A stretch of 34,547 bases of DNA. Source: a virus (lineage: Duplodnaviria; Caudoviricetes). The translations under genes and the position numbers were made by a program. Positions 1-7,880 of this stretch are shown in pieces; the first letter of the stretch is position 1; each line of letters starts with the position of its first letter. Location of the stretch: positions 1 to 34,547 of IMG/VR virus record IMGVR_UViG_3300037483_000621, one strand, 5' to 3'. The notes under the pieces are model-generated. The model was not told the origin of the DNA, ran no database searches, and worked only from the letters and a program-made list of their open reading frames with translations.

Positions 1-808
1 TGAGGCCCTCCGTCAACGCGCGGGAGAAACTCGCGACGACGCCGTGGTTGCGGGCGAGTCGCTCGTTGGCGTCCACTCGGGTATAGCCCCCGGACAGTGC
101 GACCACTCGGAGCACGTTCGGGTGCGCCACGAGTTCGTTGTGGAGCCCGGTCTTTTCGGGGAGGGTGACCTTCAGCATGACCTGCTGGTCGGGTTCGAGC
201 TGGTCAAGCGAGGCCAGGAGGACGGCATTGAGCATGACCTCGGCAGCGGCCTTCTCGGGGCTGTAGATGTCTACCTCGGGTTCGATGATCGGCACCAATC
301 CCTCGGCGAGGATCTGGCGGCCCACGTCAAACTGTTGGTCCACCACAGCCTGCACTCCGGACTTGTTGGCCATCCTGATGACCGATCGCATCTTTGTGCC
401 GAAGACGCCGTGACTCTTCGCCTTGGCGAGGACGGCGTCGAGTTCGGGCATCGGCTTCATGACCTGGGAACCGTCGATCTCATCGGCGAGGCCCTTGTCG
501 ACCTTCAGGAACGGAACGATGTTCTTGTCTTCCCACAAGTACTCTGCGGAGCCCTTGCCACCGATCTCGCGATCCATGGTCATCTCGAAGAGGATTGCGC
601 CGAGTATGCGGTCGCCCGTGAAGGCCGGACTCGTGATGATCCGGCTGCGCATCGCGTGGATGAGATCGAACATCTCGGCATCGTTTGAGTAGGCCCTCGC
701 GTCGATGCCGTAGAGCTTCAGTGCCTTCGGGGTGCTGCCGCCGCTCTGGTCGAGCGCGGCGATGAAACCATTGCCGCTCTTCATCTTGGCGAACTGTTCG
801 TTGTTCAT
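1..808 (-). CDS. fda: Fructose-bisphosphate aldolase class I (host; 3' end runs off window)
   Basis: Manual translation from ATG at 808: MNNEQFAKMKSGNGFIAALDQSGGSTPKALKLYG..., with ILGAILFE and VPFLKVDKGL motifs of bacterial class I FBA. Absent from the ORF track because it has no stop in the window. Confidence 0.93.
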   Translation of the reverse strand, partial: MNNEQFAKMKSGNGFIAALDQSGGSTPKALKLYGIDARAYSNDAEMFDLIHAMRSRIITSPAFTGDRILGAILFEMTMDREIGGKGSAEYLWEDKNIVPFLKVDKGLADEIDGSQVMKPMPELDAVLAKAKSHGVFGTKMRSVIRMANKSGVQAVVDQQFDVGRQILAEGLVPIIEPEVDIYSPEKAAAEVMLNAVLLASLDQLEPDQQVMLKVTLPEKTGLHNELVAHPNVLRVVALSGGYTRVDANERLARNHGVVASFSRALTEGL

Positions 809-1005
809 GAGACCACTTCCTCACTTCGACGGGAGGCGAGGCCCCGGTGGACTCGCGCACGTTCGGGCTCGAGTTCCGTCAAGCGAGCCTCGAGATCCTC
901 AACCGGCGGGCGTGGATCACGCTGCGGTGAGGTCGTTGGGTGGTGGCGGCCCGGGAAGTCGTCGTGGCCGCAATGCCCTTGGCTGTGGCGTTGTCGACGG
1001 GACAT
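805..1005 (-). CDS. Small hypothetical protein with C-terminal coiled coil (host)
   Basis: GAGAAGAGG RBS before ATG 1005; stop overlaps fda start (ATGA); EDLEARLTELE heptads. Confidence 0.45.
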   Translation of the reverse strand: MSRRQRHSQGHCGHDDFPGRHHPTTSPQRDPRPPVEDLEARLTELEPERARVHRGLASRRSEEVVS

Positions 1006-1124
1006 GTCCACCTCTTCTCAACGGGCGACACTCTCTGCCTACACCCGCGGCATTCAGCGAGTTTGGGATCAAAGTCCCGCCCTCGGCTCCGCCGCACTTT
1101 CGTGGAGGCGTGGCCCCAAACGAG

Positions 1125-1163
1125 GAAGGCCCCCGACCAGCACTTCGCTGGTCGGGGGCCTTC
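1125..1163 (-). terminator. Original host terminator of the tRNA operon, displaced by the prophage
   Basis: Perfect 17-bp inverted repeat GAAGGCCCCCGACCAGC / GCTGGTCGGGGGCCTTC with 5-nt loop, 7 nt from the tRNA 3' fragment. Confidence 0.85.
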
Positions 1164-1170
1164 ACCTGCA

Positions 1171-1205
1171 GCGCGCCCGGAGGGATTCGAACCCCCAACC
1201 TTCTG
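1171..1205. repeat. att core, left junction (displaced tRNA-Arg 3' half)
   Basis: GCGCGCCCGGAGGGATTCGAACCCCCAACCTTCTG, identical to 33932..33966. Confidence 0.97.
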
Positions 1206-1335
1206 GTTGGTGGCCAACACGGGAAGCCTCGTCGAGACCCCAGCCGAGCCCATTGCACCAGCAAATGTGGACGAACGGCCCATAGCCGACGTAATCCACC
1301 TCGCCGGTCGTCGTGCCAAGACCCGCGCCGCATAG
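1204..1335 (+). other. Detached 3' segment of the repressor gene (43 codons ending RRAKTRAA*), rejoined on excision
   Basis: Same reading frame through the core (ARPEGFEPPTF) as repressor 33671..33967; TGG here versus TGA at the right junction. Confidence 0.88.
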
Positions 1336-1399
1336 CCTCTCCACAAGGGCCCGGGCGCGGCACGCCAGCCAAGGTGTCGGGCGCCTGTACTTTCTAGAC

Positions 1400-2242
1400 A
1401 TGCACAGGGCGATGCCGCCCGCGTGGCGTGGGGGCATTGAAGCGTGGATCCCGTGGCTGCGATCGCGCGGCCTGAAGGAATCCTCGATCGGCGCACGCGT
1501 CGAACACCTCAGCACACTCGCACGCAGCATCCGCATCGACAGCCCGTGGACCGTCACGCGTGATGACCTCATCGACTGGGTCGGACAACAAGGCTGGGCA
1601 ACCGAGAGCAGACGCAGCCGCTACACGTCGATCAGCCAGTTCTACGACTTCGCCCTCGAGCGCGGACTCGTCGACGTCTCCCCCGCCAACGTCCTCCCGC
1701 ACGTGCGCGCCGCGATCGCGAACCCACGACCCATCCCGCACGAGACATACGCCCCCGTCCTCGCACGCGCCGACGACAGACTCACACTGATGCTGCGCCT
1801 CGGCTTCGAGGCCGGGCTACGGCGTGCAGAGATGGCAGTCGTCCACACCCGCGACATCAGCCGCGACCTCGGGGGATGGACGCTCAACGTTCACGGCAAA
1901 GGCGGCAAGGATCGCGCCGTGCCACTCAACGATTCGCTGGCCCTCGCACTTCGCGCGGCCTGCCTTGCCGGTGGTGGCTGGTGCTTCCCAGGCGACTACC
2001 ACGGCCACCTGTCCGCGCCCTACATCGGCAAACTGCTCGCCCGCGCACTGCCCGAACCGTGGACCGCGCACACCCTGCGGCATGCGTTCGGCACGGAGTT
2101 GCTACGCCTCGGTGTGGACCTGCGCACCATCCAGTACCTGCTCGGCCACTCCTCGGTGGCCACCACCCAGCGATACACGAAGCCCACCGACGAGGCACCA
2201 CGGGCTGCCGTCGACGCACTGCGCAACCGCTACGCCGGCTGA
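1400..2242 (+). CDS. int: Tyrosine integrase, small (280 aa), no N-terminal arm-binding domain
   Basis: Catalytic motifs GLRRAE, HGKGGK, HTLRH, LLGHSS, TQRY; next to att. ATG 1400 lies 6 nt after TACTTT (leaderless -10). Confidence 0.96.
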   Translation: MHRAMPPAWRGGIEAWIPWLRSRGLKESSIGARVEHLSTLARSIRIDSPWTVTRDDLIDWVGQQGWATESRRSRYTSISQFYDFALERGLVDVSPANVLPHVRAAIANPRPIPHETYAPVLARADDRLTLMLRLGFEAGLRRAEMAVVHTRDISRDLGGWTLNVHGKGGKDRAVPLNDSLALALRAACLAGGGWCFPGDYHGHLSAPYIGKLLARALPEPWTAHTLRHAFGTELLRLGVDLRTIQYLLGHSSVATTQRYTKPTDEAPRAAVDALRNRYAG

Positions 2243-2258
2243 CCGGCGCGCCTCGCCC

Positions 2259-2534
2259 CTAGGAGTAGCAGCCCACGTCTCGCATGATGGCATCGATGTA
2301 CGCCATGAGTTCGGCGTTGCCCGTGCCGGTACGCTCCCGCTGTTGCGCGTTGTTGGCGTCGGCGGTGTCGAACTCGCCCTGCAGCCCGTCGCAGTCGGCC
2401 GCCACCTCGAGGGAGTCGATGCGGTCCTTCACCGAGGCGTCGTAGTTGTCCCACGGCACGCCACCTCCGTCGCCACACGACGAGAGAGTCAGGGCCGCGA
2501 GCGCGATCGCGCTCGTCTTCACGATGTTGACCAT
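2259..2534 (-). CDS. Small lipoprotein (possible superinfection exclusion protein)
   Basis: Signal peptide with lipobox LSSC; acidic mature part with two more Cys; TAGGGT -10 six nt before ATG. Confidence 0.75.
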   Translation of the reverse strand: MVNIVKTSAIALAALTLSSCGDGGGVPWDNYDASVKDRIDSLEVAADCDGLQGEFDTADANNAQQRERTGTGNAELMAYIDAIMRDVGCYS

Positions 2535-2614
2535 GACTTCACCCTAGCGGCGAGGGCCCGCGGCGTCACGGACCCAACGGCCGCGGCTGTTCGTGAACGA
2601 GCCTCTTCCCCAGT

Positions 2615-2643
2615 TTGACATGATAGGTTTTCTATCGTATGCT
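2615..2643 (+). promoter_or_regulatory. Near-consensus SigA promoter with palindromic operator in the spacer
   Basis: TTGACA(2615-2620)-17 nt-TATGCT(2638-2643); GATAG-N5-CTATC at 2622..2636. Confidence 0.9.
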
Positions 2644-2694
2644 TTAGGTACTAGGTCAGGCACAAGGCCAGACCGAGACCCACAGGGGATTCAG

Positions 2695-2925
2695 ATGCAA
2701 GACAAGTTCTCAGACCACGAAGTACTCGTGGCCCACAGCATCGGCGAAATGGCCGGGATGCTCCACATCGACGGCGGACCCCGCGCAGAGCGCAAGGCCC
2801 GCAACGCCGCCCAAACCCTCGCTGAGGACGTCGCCGCGATCGCGATGTTCTCCCTGCCGAAGATGGCGGTGTTCCGGGGGATGGCAGGCAAGATCGCCGC
2901 AGACCACGTCCGCAAGTACTCATAG
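2695..2925 (+). CDS. 76-aa protein of unknown function; candidate anti-CRISPR/anti-defence protein
   Basis: ATG 2695 after ACAGGGGA RBS; first gene behind the strong promoter and upstream of an Aca2-like gene. Function inferred from context only. Confidence 0.75.
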   Translation: MQDKFSDHEVLVAHSIGEMAGMLHIDGGPRAERKARNAAQTLAEDVAAIAMFSLPKMAVFRGMAGKIAADHVRKYS

Positions 2926-2931
2926 GGAGAG

Positions 2932-2953
2932 GGCCCCGGGGAAACCCGGGGCC
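2932..2953 (+). other. Perfect 9-bp GC hairpin with GAAA tetraloop, intergenic
   Basis: GGCCCCGGG-GAAA-CCCGGGGCC with no U-tract. Confidence 0.8.
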
Positions 2954-2982
2954 ACACCCCGCCCAACACCACAGGAGAGACC

Positions 2983-3366
2983 ATGAAGAATCAGACCGAA
3001 GACCAGATGACCGGCGCCGAGTTCCGATGCCTGCGCGAACAACTCGGCCTCACCGTCGCATGGCTGTTCGACTACCTCGGCGTAGGTGAAGCCACCGTGA
3101 ACCGGTGGCAAGACGGCAAGATGAACATCGCGCCCGGCGTCGTCGACGACATGCTCGAGCTCGAGGCGATCGCCGCCAAGTCCGTAGCGGCGGCCGTCGC
3201 TCGCCTCGACGGCACCAACGAGCCTCTGTTGACCGTTCCGCGCACTGACGCAGCGCTGCTGCGCGAACACCCCGACGACACCTACCCAGCCTCTTGGCAC
3301 CGCGCAATCGCCTCGCGCGTCCGCGAGCGCGTGCCGGGTCTGCGGATCGAGTTCGTCGCCGAGTAG
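2983..3366 (+). CDS. Aca2/YdiL (DUF1870)-like HTH regulator
   Basis: MTGAEFRCLREQLGLT...VGEATVNRWQDGKMNIAPGVVDDMLEL follows the Aca2/DUF1870 pattern, with a C-terminal dimerisation-like region; ~125 aa; ACAGGAGA RBS. Confidence 0.8.
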   Translation: MKNQTEDQMTGAEFRCLREQLGLTVAWLFDYLGVGEATVNRWQDGKMNIAPGVVDDMLELEAIAAKSVAAAVARLDGTNEPLLTVPRTDAALLREHPDDTYPASWHRAIASRVRERVPGLRIEFVAE

Positions 3367-3409
3367 GCGACACCTTGTGCGTTCGGCCTGAATCCCCGGG
3401 ACGCACAAA

Positions 3410-3455
3410 GACGCCCCCTCACCCTGCCCGGCGAACCGGTGGGTGAGGGGGCGTC
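3410..3455. terminator. Hairpin between the convergent accessory operon and late operon
   Basis: 15-bp inverted repeat GACGCCCCCTCACCC / GGGTGAGGGGGCGTC; second hairpin at 3375..3408. Confidence 0.8.
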
Positions 3456-3492
3456 GTGCTTGGTGTGCGGCCGTTCTGGCTGCCGCGGGTAG

Positions 3493-3939
3493 TCAGGTGG
3501 CCGTGACGGCCTCCGGGGGCCGCTTCGCGGCGTTCTTCACAAGAGCGAGCAGGGTGGTCGTCGCGGCGATCGACAGCATCGTCGGCCAGTCGACCTCGAA
3601 GACGTTGAGGACCTCGACGGCAAGCAACAGTGTCACGAGCGAGTTGCCGAAGGTGCGGACCACACGCCACGTCACAGCAACCCACACGGGTCTCGAGGTG
3701 GCCGGATCCGGCACCGACACAATCGACATGAGGAGAGACAGTCCACCCGATCCGAGGGTGACACCCACGACGAACACCCAGTCGACATCGACGAGTGATG
3801 CCCCGAGGGTGAACACCGACAGGGCGACGAGTTTCTCGGCAGCCTGGGAGCCGGCACGCTCGAGCGCGTCACCCCAGAAAGCTTTGGTGGTCAGGCGACC
3901 CAGCCACAAGGCGAGGGCCAGGCGAAGACGATCAAGCAT
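3493..3939 (-). CDS. Holin, r1t-like, tandem two-domain form
   Basis: FWGDALERA...DVDW and WRVVRTF...EVDW repeats, ~4 hydrophobic segments, in the lysis cassette; GGAAGGA RBS. Confidence 0.8.
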   Translation of the reverse strand: MLDRLRLALALWLGRLTTKAFWGDALERAGSQAAEKLVALSVFTLGASLVDVDWVFVVGVTLGSGGLSLLMSIVSVPDPATSRPVWVAVTWRVVRTFGNSLVTLLLAVEVLNVFEVDWPTMLSIAATTTLLALVKNAAKRPPEAVTAT

Positions 3940-3980
3940 GATGATTCCTTCCGTTGATGGGGGTGTTGTGCCGGCGGATG

Positions 3981-4364
3981 TCACTCGGGATCTTTGCCGG
4001 TGACTTGCTTACGGATTTCCTCAATAGCAGCGGCTTGCTTGAACACGACGGTGCGCAGCGCAGGTTCCTGACCGTTGCCCGTGTGGTACTCGACGCGCTG
4101 CAACTTCGTGTTCATTTCCGCCTGCTCTTCACCAAGGCGTTTCTGCTCGGCACGCAAGGTGGCAAGCTCCTCCTTGACGCCCGGTCTGCGGGGAACCCCT
4201 GCTCGAGCCTCTTCGCCGAACCAGTCCTCGAAGAACTGTGTGAGCTTGCGACCGACACGAGCAATTGGCATGACGGCTGTTCTCCGTATTCCCTCAAATG
4301 CGGCGATGGCGGCAACAACGACACCAAGGATCACGCCGACCTGCTGCCACTGATCGATGGTCAC
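3981..4364 (-). CDS. Membrane protein with coiled coil (lysis cassette accessory)
   Basis: N-terminal TM helix, C-terminal heptads, between endolysin and holin. Confidence 0.7.
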   Translation of the reverse strand: MTIDQWQQVGVILGVVVAAIAAFEGIRRTAVMPIARVGRKLTQFFEDWFGEEARAGVPRRPGVKEELATLRAEQKRLGEEQAEMNTKLQRVEYHTGNGQEPALRTVVFKQAAAIEEIRKQVTGKDPE

Positions 4365-4373
4365 AAGTCACCC

Positions 4374-5084
4374 CTACCTCTTCAGCCAGGCGATGTACGC
4401 GGCCACAATGTCGCCGGGGATCGCCTTGATTGCGGCGATCACTGGCGCGTCGTCGACGCTCACGTTCACACTGTCGAGGTTGACGTTGGTCGCCAGTTGG
4501 GTGCGGATGGCCGCGCACTTTTCCCGGATCGCGTCGCACTGCTCCTGCGTCATCTTCGTCAGTGCAAATCCGGGCGTCAGGGCCAGGCCGTCGTATGCAT
4601 CCTTGCCGAGCGCGTCGCACGCGCCCGTGACCAGGCTGACCGCGTACACGGTCTTGGTTTTGTCACCAGTGATGAACATCATCTCTTCGTCCTCCAGTTG
4701 AATGGGGGTCAGTGCGGCCATCCGGTCGCCCTTGTGCTTGTCGAGGGCGGCGATGTACTCCCAGTGCCACCACTCAGGGTTCTTCACGCCGGTCGCGTTC
4801 CACCCCTTGGGGCGACGCCACCCGTAGTCCGGGTGCCGGTACAGCCAGGTTGCCGCTGCCCGGTACACGTCCAGGGCGCGCCCCGTCTCGTGAATGGACG
4901 TGCCTGGAGGCAACGCAAAGTTGCCAGTGCCCGCGAGGTACATCGCGTACTGCTCGCGCTGCTCTTCGGTGGACCTCAACGACGACGTAATCCCGCCAGG
5001 GTTGCCGGCCGCTACCGTCCGCCTCCACGACGCGGCGGCACCCGACTCAAGCCGGTGCCCGCCGCCAATGCTGACGATGGTCAT
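4374..5084 (-). CDS. Endolysin, M15 (VanY-like) Zn peptidase domain
   Basis: SSLRS..EQ, PGTSIHETGRALD (SxHxxGxAxD) and EWWHWEY (ExxH) motifs. Confidence 0.9.
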   Translation of the reverse strand: MTIVSIGGGHRLESGAAASWRRTVAAGNPGGITSSLRSTEEQREQYAMYLAGTGNFALPPGTSIHETGRALDVYRAAATWLYRHPDYGWRRPKGWNATGVKNPEWWHWEYIAALDKHKGDRMAALTPIQLEDEEMMFITGDKTKTVYAVSLVTGACDALGKDAYDGLALTPGFALTKMTQEQCDAIREKCAAIRTQLATNVNLDSVNVSVDDAPVIAAIKAIPGDIVAAYIAWLKR

Positions 5085-5086
5085 CG

Positions 5087-5896
5087 CTACACGTATCCGA
5101 ATACTCGCAGCGTGCCACTCACCGTGCCCGCGGTCGGCACCAGAACGAGGCCATCAAACGCCGTCGCGTCGCGGTGTTGGATCACACCATCGACGACGCC
5201 GGCGGATGCGGTCATGGGATTGTCGGTAGTCCCCGTCCGATACGTTCCCACCGTCGCTGATGCTGTGCCTGGCGTCTCCAACACGATCTCTGACACGTGG
5301 CGCGCAGCAGTGAGATTTGCTACGAACTCCCAGTTTGTTTGACCGATCGACTGCGCGGAAGACGCCGACGCGCCCACGCCAGCCAAGCGTGTGCGGTCAT
5401 ACTTCGACGACCCGTCAGCAGTACCCGAGTTTGCCAACTGAAAGCGAAGGCCTGCAGCTGCCGACGTCGTCAAGTCAAAGCGAATGAGGTATGAGCGATA
5501 GGTCGCCGAGAAGATACCATTGACAACAATGTTCGAGGCCGCAGAGACCGTGATGATCCCCGACGAGTCGACACTCACACCCGTCCCCGCGACGGAAGAT
5601 GGTTTCACCCTCCGCAGCCCGCTGGTTGGAACGACCGGTTCGAAATTTGTGCCATCCGCCGTGAACTCGTGCTCCGAGCCACGATCCGCATCAGCCCTCC
5701 AGAAGAAGATAGGTGACGACGTCGACGGCACCACCGCCGGCGACGAGGCCGCCAACGACGCCAACAGCGTCGTGCGCGCCGCCGCATCAGCAACAGGGAA
5801 CGGATCGCGGAGCGACCGCGACAACTTGTCGAACGCAGACCGTGCAGGTGCGGCCGTCGATGCCGGCACGTAGTGGCCAGTGGCGTCGAGTCCCAT
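5087..5896 (-). CDS. Minor tail / receptor-binding protein
   Basis: Last tail gene; beta-rich S/T/G/A C-terminus ending GTLRVFGY. Confidence 0.7.
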   Translation of the reverse strand: MGLDATGHYVPASTAAPARSAFDKLSRSLRDPFPVADAAARTTLLASLAASSPAVVPSTSSPIFFWRADADRGSEHEFTADGTNFEPVVPTSGLRRVKPSSVAGTGVSVDSSGIITVSAASNIVVNGIFSATYRSYLIRFDLTTSAAAGLRFQLANSGTADGSSKYDRTRLAGVGASASSAQSIGQTNWEFVANLTAARHVSEIVLETPGTASATVGTYRTGTTDNPMTASAGVVDGVIQHRDATAFDGLVLVPTAGTVSGTLRVFGYV

Positions 5897-5904
5897 GAGA
5901 TCTC

Positions 5905-6750
5905 CTAAACGGGTCGGGTGTAGTTGACAGTGAGAGCCATGCCATCGGCGTCGGACGTGCCGCGCACCGCGTTATAGGCCGACGAGCCCACACCGACAGT
6001 CGCGAGCGCCTGCAGGGCGCCTGTGCGGAACGACTCGAGGAGCGTCCCGTCGAGCACCAATGTCTTCACTGCTCCCTTGGCGAGCGCGGCGGGGTTCATG
6101 GTGGCGCCCGTCGCGGCGGGCGCTGACGAGTGGTTGGTGTTGGTGGCAGCACGGATCACCATGGCGGGGCGTGAGGGGATCGACATGTTGGCGTCACGCA
6201 ACGTCAGGACGATCGAGGCGATCGTTGTGGCACCAAGGTCCTTGATCTGGTTGCCATACAGTGCGAGCCCATAGAGCTGTCCGGAGCCGAACCCGTCACC
6301 CTGGTACAGGGTCGCTCGGCCGCCATACTCCGCGCGGCTCACGTTCCAGTTGTCGTAGCGTGACGAGTTCGCATCCCACGTGCCCGACCACGTCGGCAGG
6401 ATCGTTGCGACCGCATTCTCTGTGGTCGCCCCAGCACCGGGAGCGTCCGGGAGAGCCACACCCGGTGTGCCGCCTACACGGCCCAAACAGATCATGCCGG
6501 CAGCACCAGGGAGCATCTCTCGGAAGACCCACACCATGTCACCCACGGTGTAGGAACCTGAGAGGTACGGGACCCACACGCCGGACGAACCATCGACGGA
6601 CACCTGGACACGGTTCGTGTCGGTGTCCACCGCGATGAGGATCCCCGGCTTCAACTGGGTGGCGTCCGAGCCCGGCTGAATGCCCTGCGACATCAGGTCC
6701 ACCTCACGTGCCACGTCCAAAGCGGACAGGCGCAACGTTTGGTCGCTCAC
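5905..6750 (-). CDS. Minor tail protein
   Basis: N-terminal OB-like segment (VPYLSGSYTVGDMVWV); coupled within the tail operon. Confidence 0.75.
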   Translation of the reverse strand: MSDQTLRLSALDVAREVDLMSQGIQPGSDATQLKPGILIAVDTDTNRVQVSVDGSSGVWVPYLSGSYTVGDMVWVFREMLPGAAGMICLGRVGGTPGVALPDAPGAGATTENAVATILPTWSGTWDANSSRYDNWNVSRAEYGGRATLYQGDGFGSGQLYGLALYGNQIKDLGATTIASIVLTLRDANMSIPSRPAMVIRAATNTNHSSAPAATGATMNPAALAKGAVKTLVLDGTLLESFRTGALQALATVGVGSSAYNAVRGTSDADGMALTVNYTRPV

Positions 6751-7880
6751 GAGATCACCGCCACATCGAGTCGCATTGCACCGTCACTGACGGTCAGGGG
6801 CAAGTCCAAGCCGAGGACGGGGCCGACGATGTCCACGCCCCACGACCCGTCCGCAGACTCGTCGGCGCGTGCACGCTCGACGTCGTACAGCTCGATACGC
6901 GGATCCGGCGGCAGCTCGATCGGGACCACCCTCGCCGGACGCAACGCCGACGCCAACTGTGTGTTCGCTGCCGCCAGGCACTGAGCCTCCGTGGTCAGCA
7001 ACGGTGACGCGAAGAACTTCCGCTTCACCCTGAAGCCAGTGGCCGTGGCCGCATACGGGCCCGTCGTCTGGATCGCCTCCGCCCACACAGGCGGGGTCGA
7101 CGGATCATCCGTGACAGCACCTCGAGCAACCACCGCGTTGTACACACCGTCACGGGTCTGCCGTCGGGCCTTGCCCACGATCACCGGGTAGTCGTTGCCC
7201 GGACGACGCTCACCCTCCGACAAGGTCAACACCGGTTCGGCATCGTCCGCCACGGGGGGCACAAGCATCACCTGCCCAGAAGGCCCCGGAAGCAGCACTG
7301 CGGGGATCGCATCAGCGATCGTGTAGAGATCGTCGAGACGGTCCTCCGACCACTGCAACGACTGAGGGCAAACCCTGTCCGCGAGCGCAGCGTCGATCGC
7401 CACCGGGAGGCCGGCCGGGACCAGGCGTCGGAACTCAGAGAACAGGGTGCCCGTGTCACGCGGAGCGAGAGGTGCCGGCAGTCGGTCATCAGCGATGATC
7501 TGGAACACTCCTGCTGCGTCGACCGACAGCAGACCCGGGGAGTCCTCCTTGGTCTCCTGGATCTGGAAGCGTCCACGCCGAGTCTCATACGCGATACCCG
7601 TGGTGTCCGATGTGACGATGATCGTGAGGTCCAACTCTTGCCCCAAGGGCGCGAGCGGGTGCGTGACGTCACCCTCACCGGGCAACCAGTCAAAACCGTC
7701 AACCACGCGCGCAACCGTGAACCGCAGTTGGTCCGGCACCGCGTCGTCCGCACGCCACACGGCGCGCCCACCAATGAGCGGTACCGACGCGGCCAACAGC
7801 TCACCGCCCCGCCAGGACGCGATGCGGGACGTGTACCCACACGACCCGGCAAGAACCTCAGAAGGAGCACCGTCCAACAT
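6747..7880 (-). CDS. Minor tail protein (baseplate hub-like)
   Basis: Second gene after tape measure; YNAVVARG, FFASPLLTT, PPDPRIELYD motifs typical of actinophage hub proteins. Confidence 0.8.
   Translation of the reverse strand: MLDGAPSEVLAGSCGYTSRIASWRGGELLAASVPLIGGRAVWRADDAVPDQLRFTVARVVDGFDWLPGEGDVTHPLAPLGQELDLTIIVTSDTTGIAYETRRGRFQIQETKEDSPGLLSVDAAGVFQIIADDRLPAPLAPRDTGTLFSEFRRLVPAGLPVAIDAALADRVCPQSLQWSEDRLDDLYTIADAIPAVLLPGPSGQVMLVPPVADDAEPVLTLSEGERRPGNDYPVIVGKARRQTRDGVYNAVVARGAVTDDPSTPPVWAEAIQTTGPYAATATGFRVKRKFFASPLLTTEAQCLAAANTQLASALRPARVVPIELPPDPRIELYDVERARADESADGSWGVDIVGPVLGLDLPLTVSDGAMRLDVAVIS

Noticed and set aside
44-688. 214-aa plus-strand ORF
   Set aside because: Antisense shadow of the aldolase gene.
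1171-1205. Second tRNA gene
   Set aside because: Only the 3' half is present; no D arm or anticodon loop.
940-1335. 131-aa ORF crossing the left att site as a standalone gene
   Set aside because: Chimera of host DNA and the detached repressor tail; no convincing RBS. Only the part after the core is meaningful.
1313-1399. Longer integrase start given by the ORF track
   Set aside because: Overlaps the repressor tail and lacks an RBS; ATG 1400 fits a leaderless -10 box.
3954-5342. 462-aa plus-strand ORF (likewise 13594..14787, 27789..28727, 28148..29149)
   Set aside because: Antisense to clear phage genes, no motifs or expression signals; expected in GC-rich DNA.
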